From positions 13,950-77,949 of the forward strand of contig JAJTED010000003.1 in the NCBI GenBank assembly GCA_021300535.1: a stretch of 64,000 nt of DNA. Reading direction: 5' to 3'. Both the position numbers and the translations under genes were made by a program. The stretch is from Planctomycetaceae bacterium (GTDB taxonomy: Bacteria > Planctomycetota > Planctomycetia > Pirellulales > UBA1268). Below are positions 20,022 to 28,616 of this stretch, in pieces. Numbering within the stretch: the first letter of the stretch is position 1; each line of letters begins with the position of its first letter. The notes under the pieces were generated by a model that did not search any database, was not told the origin of the DNA, and saw only the letters and a list, made by a program, of their open reading frames with translations.

Positions 20022-21932
20022 TCAGACCTGCTTGCGACGGCGGAACACGACATAGCCGCCACAGGCCAGACCGGCGAGGGCCATGGCCCACGTTGAAGGC
20101 TCGGGCACCGCGACGAAGTTGAGCATCACGTCCTGCCCGGCGAGCGAGGTCGTGAAGGAGCCTCGCGCCGTGGGCGAGAGCGAGTTGCCCTGCGAGTCGA
20201 GGAGTGAGCCGCCGAGGGCGAGGTTCGACAGGTTGCTGGTCGTACCGCCCGAGAGGTCGTAGACCATCCAGGAACGGTTGACGTTCCAGAACGCATTCGT
20301 CCAGTCGACCGAACTGCCCGCGCCGTTGAACGAGAGGGCGAGCGTCGTCGAACCCGAGAACGTGAGGTTGCCCGCGGGGAGGATGATCTGGTCGTAGTTC
20401 GAGCCGGCGCCGCCCGTCGTATTGGCGTTCAGCTCCCAGTTCACGACCGCGCCAGCCTCGTAGGTGAGGTTGCCGCTGAAGGTCTGGGCTCCCGGGGAGT
20501 TGCCCGGGGAGTGGGTGCCGATGATCGTGGCGTTGCCACCCACCGTGCCCGTGCCGCTCAGGCTCGCGACCAATGCCACATTCAGGCCGCCTGCGATCGA
20601 GCCGTTGAGCGCGAGTTCGCCGTCGCTGACGTTCGTGGCGCCCGAAAACGTGTTCGCCCCGGCGAGTTGCAGGGTACCCCCGCCGACCTTCGAGAAGCCG
20701 CCCGAACCGGAGATGCCGCCGGAGTAGGTCGTGCTCTGGCCGTTGCCGCCGGCCGTGAGCGTGCTCGAGCCGAGGGCTACGTCCAACGAGCCGGCGAGCG
20801 AGCCGATCGTCTCGTTGCCGCCGAGCGCGAACACGGCGCCGGCGGTGCCGGTGACCGCCGACGAGTCGGAGAGCAGGTTCGCCGCCGCGAGCGAGAGCCG
20901 TCCAGCGCTCACCGTCGTCGTTCCCGTGTAGCTGCTCGCAGCCGAGAGCGTAAACGTGCCGCTGCCCACCTTCGTGAAGCCGCCGCTGCCCGTGATCGAG
21001 CCGGCGTAGGACGTCGAGTTGGCGTTGCCCGCCGTAAGCGTGGCGCCGGAGGCGATATCGATCGTGCCGCCGGATCCGGCGAGCGAGGCCACGGTGTCGC
21101 TGCCGCCGATCGAGAGGCGGCCGGTGTTGACTGTCAGCGAGGCCGTGTCGGCGAGCGTGTTGGCCGAGGTCGTGGCGACCGTGCCCCCTCCGACGACGAT
21201 CGCCGTCGAGGCGAGCGTGACGCCGTTCGCCGCCGTGAAGGCACCCGAGTTGACGGTCGTCGTGCCGGCCCATAACTGGCTGGCGTTCACCTGCACCGCC
21301 GTGTTGCGACCGCCGGCGACGGTGAAGTCGACGTTGGCCTGCGTGGCGTTGGGACCGAGGGCGGTGTTTAGCGTGAGATTCGTGGTGGTGCCCGTGTCGC
21401 TTCCGTAGACCACGTAATCCTTGCTGTTGTCGTTGTAGATGGGCCCGCTCAGGATCAGACTGCCCTTGACGGGGTTGAGTTGGATGTCAGAGGCGCCGTC
21501 CGAACCGCCCGACAGGTCCATGTTCACAGTCTGGGTGAACGAGCTGTTGTTCTCGATCCGCGTCTTGAAGCCGATGCCGCCGCCGTTGCTTTGCGAAAGC
21601 GTACGGGACACGGTGAACGACGAGTCCCAGAAGATGTCGTTTACCTGCCGCCAATCACCCCAGTTGTAGTTCAGCCCGGTGACGTTCGAGTTTTGGTTTT
21701 GGCTGAACCTGAGGCTGTTGCCATAGCCCCACGAGGGCAGCGTGTTGCCCTGCCAGTTGCCGGAGTTGCTGAAGTTGCTGGTGTTTGCACCATCGTTCCC
21801 GACCCACACCAGGTCGGCCGCCGCGGCAAACGGCGGCAGCGCTACGATCAACGCGAGCAAGCTCACAGCTTTGAGGGTGAGCATCGGCATTAGGCGAGCG
21901 AGCGAGCGGACTGCGAAGGAGTGGTTTTTCAT
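20022..21932 (-). CDS. Autotransporter-associated beta-strand repeat protein with PEP-CTERM
   Basis: Signal peptide; repeats FTKVGSGTFTL..SYTGTTTVSAG; HSPGNSPG; VPEPST, TM segment, RRRK. Confidence 0.9.
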   Translation of the reverse strand: MKNHSFAVRSLARLMPMLTLKAVSLLALIVALPPFAAAADLVWVGNDGANTSNFSNSGNWQGNTLPSWGYGNSLRFSQNQNSNVTGLNYNWGDWRQVNDIFWDSSFTVSRTLSQSNGGGIGFKTRIENNSSFTQTVNMDLSGGSDGASDIQLNPVKGSLILSGPIYNDNSKDYVVYGSDTGTTTNLTLNTALGPNATQANVDFTVAGGRNTAVQVNASQLWAGTTTVNSGAFTAANGVTLASTAIVVGGGTVATTSANTLADTASLTVNTGRLSIGGSDTVASLAGSGGTIDIASGATLTAGNANSTSYAGSITGSGGFTKVGSGTFTLSAASSYTGTTTVSAGRLSLAAANLLSDSSAVTGTAGAVFALGGNETIGSLAGSLDVALGSSTLTAGGNGQSTTYSGGISGSGGFSKVGGGTLQLAGANTFSGATNVSDGELALNGSIAGGLNVALVASLSGTGTVGGNATIIGTHSPGNSPGAQTFSGNLTYEAGAVVNWELNANTTGGAGSNYDQIILPAGNLTFSGSTTLALSFNGAGSSVDWTNAFWNVNRSWMVYDLSGGTTSNLSNLALGGSLLDSQGNSLSPTARGSFTTSLAGQDVMLNFVAVPEPSTWAMALAGLACGGYVVFRRRKQV

Positions 21933-22018
21933 GGCACTGCTGTGGGGGGGGCACCCCGATGGGGGCCCCTTGAAAATAATCCGTTTCCGCCAGAAATCAA
22001 CGATCCGGCCGAAAAAGT

Positions 22019-22092
22019 GACGAATCGGGATTGGGTAGGGACGAATCGGGCGCGCCCCTGGGACGAATCGGGATTGGGTAGGGACGAATCGG
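22019..22092. promoter_or_regulatory. Four direct repeats GACGAATCGG (period 21/22/21), probable LytTR operator
   Basis: Copies at 22019, 22040, 22062, 22083, upstream of the PEP-CTERM gene. Confidence 0.7.
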
Positions 22093-22099
22093 CCGCGCG

Positions 22100-22555
22100 T
22101 CAGGCGACGCGCCGAGGTGCGCCAGGCTCTGCCGGATCGGAGCCGGCGTTGAGCCGGAAGATCAGCAGCGGCACCTCCATCACCTTCTCATGGTGGAAGG
22201 CATGTCCATACAAGCCCTCCTCGCCGAGGCACTCACCATGGTCCGCGGTGACCACCACCGTCGTCGGGCGTGCGCGCGCCGCGAAGCAGGCCAGCAGGTC
22301 GGCCCCTTGCTCAGCCAGCTCATCGCGTCGCCTCCGCGCTGAGCACGGACGGCGGCGACCCGGCACTGGAGCGCCGTGCTCTCCACCCGCACGCCGTCGG
22401 CCGTCAACTGCGTGCCTGCCCGAGCGAGAAACGACTCGGGACGCCGGAGGTGCTCGATCACCTCGAAGCAGGTGATCACCCGCCATCCGCCGTCGACGCT
22501 CCGCAGCTCCTCGCAGTCGTCGACGGTGAAGGCGATCCCTGCGGCGGCGAATCGT
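22100..22555 (-). pseudogene. Collapsed remnant of the methyltransferase + sulfatase pair
   Basis: Fragments CFEVIEHLRRPESFLARAG and RPTTVVVTADHGECLGEEGLYGH match the genes at 1720-3548. Confidence 0.85.
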
Positions 22556-22696
22556 CGGGCCGCCTCCTGTCTCTCCCGCCCGGGGCCCGCCGAACGACTG
22601 GGCAGAGCTCGTGCAGGTCACCTTCAAAAACGACGAGAGGCAGAAGGTTTTGCAACCCCCTGCCTCCTGGTGCCACTCTAGACATGAGTGGCGTAG

Positions 22697-22815
22697 CTCC
22701 CCGAGTAGGATCACGCACGACTGCGTTTTCCTGCTGGAAACCGGGGAATGGCGTAGGAAGGCGACGCGGAATCCGACGCAGTGGGGACTTCGCAGGGAGC
22801 CGCATGGGGCCGCAG
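22697..22815. mobile_element. att junction (tRNA core plus type A arms)
   Basis: ctccccgagtaggat at 22697; gcgacgcg-gaat-ccgacgca at 22761; CGCA at 22791/22801/22811. Confidence 0.88.
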
Positions 22816-22864
22816 GCTTGTGGCGGTAGAATGAAACTCACAACTGCTGTCCAAGGAAAATCCC

Positions 22865-23059
22865 GTGATCGCGTCCCGTGTGCTCGACGAACTCAAGGAA
22901 CGGCTGTCGGCAGCCTACGGCGAACGCCTGCACGCGGTTGTCCTCTTCGGCTCCGAAGCCCGCGGGGATGCAAGACCGGATAGCGACATCGACGTCCTCG
23001 TCGTTCTCGAGACTCTGACCGGTGACTACGGCGAAGAACTAGAGCGGGGACTTGCGGCG
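22865..23059 (+). pseudogene. 3'-truncated MNT antitoxin
   Basis: Matches the 13279 paralog up to ELERGLAA, then diverges; no HEPN follows. Confidence 0.8.
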
Positions 23060-23096
23060 CGAGAAGCTGTTTCGGAAGCGAGGGCGTTGTATGAGG

Positions 23097-23438
23097 ATGG
23101 CGAAGCGTTCGGTATGCCCGGTTGCCTGTGCGCTGGATCTCCTGGGTGACAAGTGGACGCTGCTCGTCGTGCGGGACATGGCCTGTGGCAAGACGCTCTT
23201 CAAGGAGTTCTCCGCATCCCCTGAGCGGATCGCCTCGAACATCCTGTCCGATCGGCTGCAACGCCTCGTCCGCTCTGGATTGGCCGAGTCTTTCAGCCCA
23301 ACGCCAGCGACTGGCTGGAACGGCTATCGCCTGACCCCAAAGGGCAAGTCACTGCTGCCCATCCTCGGAGTGCTCCGAGACTGGGGCCTTGGGCACATCA
23401 AGGGCACCGAGGCCCGGATGAAGCCCGTCATCTGGTGA
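23097..23438 (+). CDS. HxlR-family winged-helix transcriptional regulator
   Basis: RSVCPVACALDLLGDKWTLLVVRD, NILSDRL, YRLTPKG. Confidence 0.88.
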   Translation: MAKRSVCPVACALDLLGDKWTLLVVRDMACGKTLFKEFSASPERIASNILSDRLQRLVRSGLAESFSPTPATGWNGYRLTPKGKSLLPILGVLRDWGLGHIKGTEARMKPVIW

Positions 23439-23510
23439 TGCCAAGGTCAAAAAAACCTAACCTCTCGGATGGATCCAGAAATGTGGAGAACATCAAGAGA
23501 GACGAAACCC

Positions 23511-25028
23511 ATGCAGAGACTCATCTCGGTCGCCCTCGCCGCTGTGCTCATGCACGCTGGGTCGGCCTCCGCGCAGGTCGCCCGCTTCGAGGCCTTGAGC
23601 AATCTTCCGTTCGCGGAGAACCGGCCCACAGCGGAGAGCGCACAGACCCTGCGCGACGAGCTGCTGTTCCAGCGGGCGACGCAGACGTATCTCTGGGCCC
23701 TGCCGTTGATCAACACACTCGGGATGAAGGTCGGCTCGGAAAAGGTCTTCGGCGCCGGTTACAACGTCCTGCCGGTCTGGAAGAAACGCCTCGACTCGAA
23801 GACCCGGATAACGACCCCCAATTCCGATGTCATCTATGCCATGGGCTACGTCGACCTCGGCAAAGATGGCCCGCTGGTGTTCGAGGCTCCGCCCAACCTG
23901 CAGGGCATCCTGCTTGATGCCTGGCAGCGGCCCATTCCGGTGGATGGCGGCAGGTTCTTCGGGGACGTCGGCCTGCCGGGCCCCGACGGCGGCAAGGGCG
24001 GGAAGTTTCTGCTGCTACCGCCCGGCTACGAAGGAGCGGTGCCGGACGATTGTTTCGTCTACCGCTCGCCGACCAACAATGTGTTCGTTTTCCTGCGCGC
24101 GTTCTATCAAGATCCGAAAAATCTGACACCGGCCGTTGCGCTCATCGAACAGTCCAAAATCTATCCGCTCAACGGCCGGGAAACCGCGCGGCCGATGCAG
24201 TTTCCCGATGCCTCCGGTGTGCCGGTCAACATGCTGCCGATCAGCGACGGCAGCGCCTTCGATGCGCTCAAGAAACTGGTGGAGAGCGAGGGCACTGCTC
24301 TTGCCGACTCCGATTCGCTCGGCATGCTGGCATCGATCGGCATCGCCAAGGGCCGGCCCTTCGAGCCCGACGCCAAGACACGGGCGATCCTCGATCACGC
24401 CGCGCGGACGGCCTACAAGATGAGCCGCGTCATCGGCTTCGAGGAGGTGATCGCCGGCCGGTCCCTGCGGATCTATCCCGATCGCCGGTGGATCAACCCC
24501 ATGGCCGACGCGACCCCCGAGAATGTCGGGGGGCCTTTCGACCTCGGCTGGCGCAGGGTGGCCGGTGGCTATCTCGATCTCGACGCCCGGATCTGGTTTT
24601 TCACCAACTACTATTCGGTCAGTCCGGGCATGCTGTCGCAGACGCCCGGCCGGGGCGCCAAATACATGATCGTCTTTGTCGACAGCGAGGGCGCAAACCT
24701 CTCGGGCGGCAGCAGCTACCGGCTCCATCTGCCGCCTGACATCCCAGCCGCCAACTTCTGGTCGGTGACGCTGTACGAGGCCGAAAACGGCTCGGGACTC
24801 GCCAACGGCCAGCCGTTCCCGTCGCTCGGTTCGCGCGACACGCCGACGCAGAACGCCGACGGCAGCACGGACCTCTATCTGGGCCCCGAGACGCCCGCAG
24901 GCAAGGAGCGGAACTGGCTCGCGACGGTGCCTGGCAAGGGATATTTCGCCGTCCTTCGGCTCTACGGGCCGACTGAAGCTGCCATCGACAAGCGTTGGAA
25001 ACCCGGCGACATCGAGAAGGTGCCCTGA
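23511..25028 (+). CDS. DUF1254/DUF1214 domain secreted protein
   Basis: Signal peptide, QRATQTYLWALP, TPNSDVIY, FWSVTLY, LRLYGP. Confidence 0.88.
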   Translation: MQRLISVALAAVLMHAGSASAQVARFEALSNLPFAENRPTAESAQTLRDELLFQRATQTYLWALPLINTLGMKVGSEKVFGAGYNVLPVWKKRLDSKTRITTPNSDVIYAMGYVDLGKDGPLVFEAPPNLQGILLDAWQRPIPVDGGRFFGDVGLPGPDGGKGGKFLLLPPGYEGAVPDDCFVYRSPTNNVFVFLRAFYQDPKNLTPAVALIEQSKIYPLNGRETARPMQFPDASGVPVNMLPISDGSAFDALKKLVESEGTALADSDSLGMLASIGIAKGRPFEPDAKTRAILDHAARTAYKMSRVIGFEEVIAGRSLRIYPDRRWINPMADATPENVGGPFDLGWRRVAGGYLDLDARIWFFTNYYSVSPGMLSQTPGRGAKYMIVFVDSEGANLSGGSSYRLHLPPDIPAANFWSVTLYEAENGSGLANGQPFPSLGSRDTPTQNADGSTDLYLGPETPAGKERNWLATVPGKGYFAVLRLYGPTEAAIDKRWKPGDIEKVP

Positions 25029-25030
25029 CC

Positions 25031-26413
25031 ATGACACGACTTGCATCCCGGCTCGGCCCGCTCGAACTGGAGAATGGCTATCCCACCGATGCCACCGTCG
25101 TGAAGATCTTCGACGACATCGATTACCAGAGGGCGTGCCAGGCCTACCTCTGGGCCTTGCCGCTCATGGCGATGCAGCAATGGCAGAGCGAGCACCTCGC
25201 CAGGTTCGGCGCCGGAAAGCTCGACTATGTCGACTACATCACCTTCCAGGACAAGCTCGGCCTCCTCACGGCAAATGCCACGACGCCGTACATCATGGCG
25301 TTCCCCAACCTGCAGGAAACCGGTCCGCTGGTGTTCGAGGTTCCCGCCGGCCCCACGGCGGGCGGCTTCACCGATTTCTGGCAGCGGCCCATCACCGATT
25401 CGGGCCAAACCGGCCCCGACAAGGGCGCCGGCGGCCGGTATCTGATCCTCGGCCCCGACGACCCGGAACTGAAGCCGGAAGGGTATTACGTCTTCCGTTC
25501 GCCCACGGTGAACGTCTGGTCTGCCCACCGCGCGCTCGACCCCGATCCAGCCAAAGCCAAGCAGCTTATCGAGGGGTTGAAGATCTATCCCTTCAGCCAG
25601 CGTGAAAACCCCGCCCCAACCCGTCACGTTTCGCCGGCTGGTCGCCCGTGGAGCGGCGAACAACCGCGTGGCCTCGCCTACTGGGAAGGCCTGTCGAAGA
25701 TCATCCAGGAAGAACCCGTCCATGAGCGCGACAGGATCATGATGGGGATGCTGCAGCCCTTGGGAATCGAGAAGGGCAAGCCGTTCACGCCGACTGAACG
25801 GCAGAAGGAAATCCTCATCGACGCCGCGCAGACGGGGGAGGTGATGGCCCGGGCGATCGCCTATCGAAAGCGGTTCGAAGGCGCGAAAGTCTGGCCGGGC
25901 AGGAACTGGGAGCTGTCGCTGTTGCTTGCCGAGACCAATCAGGAAGCGCCGCACCATACGCAGTTGGATGAGCGCACGAGTTGGTTTTACGAAGCGGTCG
26001 GTGTCTCCGTGGGCATGATGGGCCGCGCCGTCGGAGTCGGGCAGGTCTACCTCGAGGCCGCGAAGGACAGCCAGGGCCACTGGCTCGATGGTGCCAAGAC
26101 CTATCGCCTCACGGTCCCGAAGGACGTTCCCGTAACGCAATTCTGGTCTGTCACCGTGTACGACAACGAGACCCGCTGCTTCGTGAAGTCGGGCGTTTCG
26201 CCGGATCGTTCATCGCGAGACGCCATCGTTACGAACGCCGACGGCTCCGTGGACCTCACGTTCGGCCCCGCGGTTCCCGCCGGCACGCCGGAGAGCAACT
26301 GGATCAAGACGCTCCCGGGCAAAGGCTGGTTCAGCTACTTCCGCCTCTACGGCCCGACCCAGACCTACTTCGACCGCTCCTGGGTGCTTTCGGACATCGA
26401 GGTGATCGAGTAG
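25031..26413 (+). CDS. DUF1254/DUF1214 domain protein
   Basis: QRACQAYLWALP, TANATTPY, FWSVTVYD, FRLYGP. Confidence 0.88.
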   Translation: MTRLASRLGPLELENGYPTDATVVKIFDDIDYQRACQAYLWALPLMAMQQWQSEHLARFGAGKLDYVDYITFQDKLGLLTANATTPYIMAFPNLQETGPLVFEVPAGPTAGGFTDFWQRPITDSGQTGPDKGAGGRYLILGPDDPELKPEGYYVFRSPTVNVWSAHRALDPDPAKAKQLIEGLKIYPFSQRENPAPTRHVSPAGRPWSGEQPRGLAYWEGLSKIIQEEPVHERDRIMMGMLQPLGIEKGKPFTPTERQKEILIDAAQTGEVMARAIAYRKRFEGAKVWPGRNWELSLLLAETNQEAPHHTQLDERTSWFYEAVGVSVGMMGRAVGVGQVYLEAAKDSQGHWLDGAKTYRLTVPKDVPVTQFWSVTVYDNETRCFVKSGVSPDRSSRDAIVTNADGSVDLTFGPAVPAGTPESNWIKTLPGKGWFSYFRLYGPTQTYFDRSWVLSDIEVIE

Positions 26414-26464
26414 TCCGGAATGGCCGCGGCGGGCTCGTAGGGCCACTTTCAAAAAGAGCCAAAG

Positions 26465-26585
26465 CTCCCCGAGTAGGATTCGTAACAACCGCCGCTTTCT
26501 TCGCGAAAAACTGGGTGTCGGTAAGAAAGCGACTCAAAAAACGACTCACTCCCCAATCCGCATGATCCCGCAGGAGGTCGCACCG
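26465..26585. mobile_element. att junction (tRNA core plus type B arms)
   Basis: ctccccgagtaggattcg at 26465; gcgactca-aaaa-acgactca at 26529; CGCA at 26559/69/79. Confidence 0.9.
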
Positions 26586-26704
26586 GGCCCCCGAGCGGTG
26601 TTCGGCAAAGGGCCGCGGCAGCGAACCCGCCTGCCCGGCACCCGCTGAGCAATCAGGCCACGGCGGGGAGGGCCTCCGAAACCGCGGTCATGTACACTTG
26701 AATG

Positions 26705-26938
26705 ATGCCGAAGATTTTCGAACAAGATGGCTATTCGTTTTTCTTCTACAGCAATGACCATGCCCCCATCCACGTCCATGTTCGCAGGGGCGGGGGCGAA
26801 GCGGTGTTCGTTGTCGAACCGGAAGTAGAACTGCGTGAATCAGTCGGGTTCAATGTAAGAGAACTTTCGCGAGCGGAGGACCTCATCGATGACCACCTCG
26901 AACTCATCAAACAAAAATGGGCCGAGCACCTTGGCTGA
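26705..26938 (+). CDS. DUF4160 family protein (putative toxin)
   Basis: MPKIFEQDGYSFFFYSNDHAPIHVHV...KWAEHLG. Confidence 0.88.
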   Translation: MPKIFEQDGYSFFFYSNDHAPIHVHVRRGGGEAVFVVEPEVELRESVGFNVRELSRAEDLIDDHLELIKQKWAEHLG

Positions 26939-27158
26939 CCGTGCCCTGAAGGCATGGCATGAGCGAGGAATGATCTTTATCAGGTTCGCCAGCGGCCATG
27001 AGGTGAGTTTTCCCACCAAGGGCAACCCGCGGCTGGAATCCGCTGCCGAGGAAGATGTGGGCCGTATCGAAATCTCTCCATTTGGGCTGCACTGGCCGAC
27101 GCTCGACGAAGACCTGTCGTTCACGGGAATCTTGGAGGGGCGTTGCGGTCAACGGTGA
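26931..27158 (+). CDS. DUF2442 family protein (putative antitoxin)
   Basis: PRLESA, GLHWPTLDEDLS; TTG start overlaps the DUF4160 stop. Confidence 0.85.
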   Translation: MADRALKAWHERGMIFIRFASGHEVSFPTKGNPRLESAAEEDVGRIEISPFGLHWPTLDEDLSFTGILEGRCGQR

Positions 27159-27409
27159 CCGTGCGGTTCATGTGAGGCAGCAGACTTTGGGTCCGCGCAG
27201 CCAGCCATAAGTGTTACGCGGTTCCGTAGAAACACGAGTGAGCGAGAGACACACTGCACGAAATGCTCTCGTGGCTTGCGGATCGCGGGCTTGATGGGCC
27301 TCCGCATCAACAAAATGGCTTCCCCATCAAAAGACCAAGCCGCAGAACGACTTGCGTCACTCTGCGGCTCCGTGCGATCTCGTGCGGCCACTTTCAAAAA
27401 GAGCCAAAA

Positions 27410-27530
27410 CTCCCCGAGTAGGATTGCGCACAATCGCGTTTTCCCGCCAGAAAAACAGGGCTTGCCGAGTCAAAGCGACGCAGAATCCGACGCAGCGTGA
27501 ACTTCGCACGGAGCCGCAGGAGGTCACACG
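27410..27530. mobile_element. att junction (tRNA core plus type A arms)
   Basis: TGCG at 27353/63/73/83; ctccccgagtaggatt at 27410; gcgacgca-gaat-ccgacgca at 27475. Confidence 0.9.
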
Positions 27531-27578
27531 CGGGTGGCGGTAGAATGAGTTCATCATCTGATCGTCAGGGAAACTGCC

Positions 27579-27896
27579 GTGAGAGCGTCCCGGATACTCG
27601 CTGAACTCAAGGAACGGCTTTCGGAGGCCTACGGCGAACGGCTGCACGCGGTTGTCCTCTTCGGTTCTGAAGCCCGAGGAGATGCCAGGCCGGATAGCGA
27701 CATCGACGTCGTGGCCGTTCTCGATAAATTGGCCGGCGACTACGGCGATGAACTGGAGAGAGGACTAGCAGCGGTGTATCCGGTTGCCCTACGAATCGGT
27801 CGTCGCGTCAGCGTGAAACCCCTGGCACGCGATGAGTATGAACAGGGCGACAGCCCGCTGCTTCGCGAGGTGCGTCGCTCGGGTGTTGCGGCATGA
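27579..27896 (+). CDS. MNT antitoxin
   Basis: FGSEARGDARPDSDID. Confidence 0.9.
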   Translation: MRASRILAELKERLSEAYGERLHAVVLFGSEARGDARPDSDIDVVAVLDKLAGDYGDELERGLAAVYPVALRIGRRVSVKPLARDEYEQGDSPLLREVRRSGVAA

Positions 27897-28276
27897 AGGA
27901 GTTCATCCGCAGTCAATGGATGAAGGCGATGCGTTCGCTTGCTGCCGCCGAGGCAACTCTCGACACCGACCCAGACTCAGCGGCATCACGAGCGTACTAT
28001 GCCGCGTTTCACGGGGTAACCGCAACGCTCGCGGGGCGAGGCATGGAATTCACGAAGCACACGGCGGTGCGGGCGGCCCTCCATCGGGATCTCATTCAGT
28101 CCGGTGCGCTCTCTGCGCATCTCGGTCGTGATTACGACTTCCTGCTCGATCTTCGCGAGACCGCCGACTACGGCGGCGTCGCCGAGGCGTCCCTCGCGAG
28201 TGCGACGAAGGCGATCGAGAAGGCGCGGGCGATCCTGGCCGCGCTCCAGCCTCTGTTGCCGGATGGCGCTGTCTGA
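27893..28276 (+). CDS. HEPN domain protein
   Basis: AASRAYYAAFH, LRETADY. Confidence 0.9.
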   Translation: MKEFIRSQWMKAMRSLAAAEATLDTDPDSAASRAYYAAFHGVTATLAGRGMEFTKHTAVRAALHRDLIQSGALSAHLGRDYDFLLDLRETADYGGVAEASLASATKAIEKARAILAALQPLLPDGAV

Positions 28277-28331
28277 AAGATGCCGCCTGGTGCGGCCCTA
28301 GGCGAGCGGGTGCGGCACGCTGCGAAGAAAG

Positions 28332-28455
28332 CTCCCCGAGTAGGAACAGTGCGAATCGTTGTTTTCGCGGAGAATACGGCAAAGCCGGCTTGGACGTGAC
28401 GTAAAAAGCGACGTAGGCCCGGAGTGCGCAGGGAACGGCACTACCCGGCAGGGAG
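28332..28455. mobile_element. att junction (tRNA core plus type C arms); distal end of the tRNA-proximal 9.5-kb unit
   Basis: ctccccgagtagga at 28332; gtgacgta-aaaa-gcgacgta at 28396. Confidence 0.9.
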
Positions 28456-28616
28456 CACCTTGGGGCTCGGTACCGCCTACGTCACGGGAACCTAGTCAGC
28501 GCGTGTACTCATCCAGAAGAACCCCTATCCGATGGGCCGAGGACGATGCGTTTTCGGGAATCGCCAGCCCGTGGGCCGGCAACGACCGCGTCGTCCCGGG
28601 CTATTCCCGGGCTATC

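Noticed and set aside
22019-22092. Mini-CRISPR or iteron origin
   Set aside because: Repeats are only 10 bp with 11-12 bp spacers, two of them identical; no rep gene; a LytTR operator fits better.
22865-23438. MNT-HxlR as a new toxin-antitoxin pair or fusion
   Set aside because: MNT homology stops at about 23059 and the frames differ; it is a truncation junction.
13100-28345. Repeated CTCCCCGAGTAGGA as a CRISPR array
   Set aside because: Spacing is 0.9-5 kb, the repeat equals the tRNA-Asn 3' end, and there are no cas genes.
6600-28460. Classical integron attC sites
   Set aside because: No RYYYAAC...GTTRRRY palindromic hairpins and no IntI; the sites are direct-repeat, tRNA-derived att junctions.
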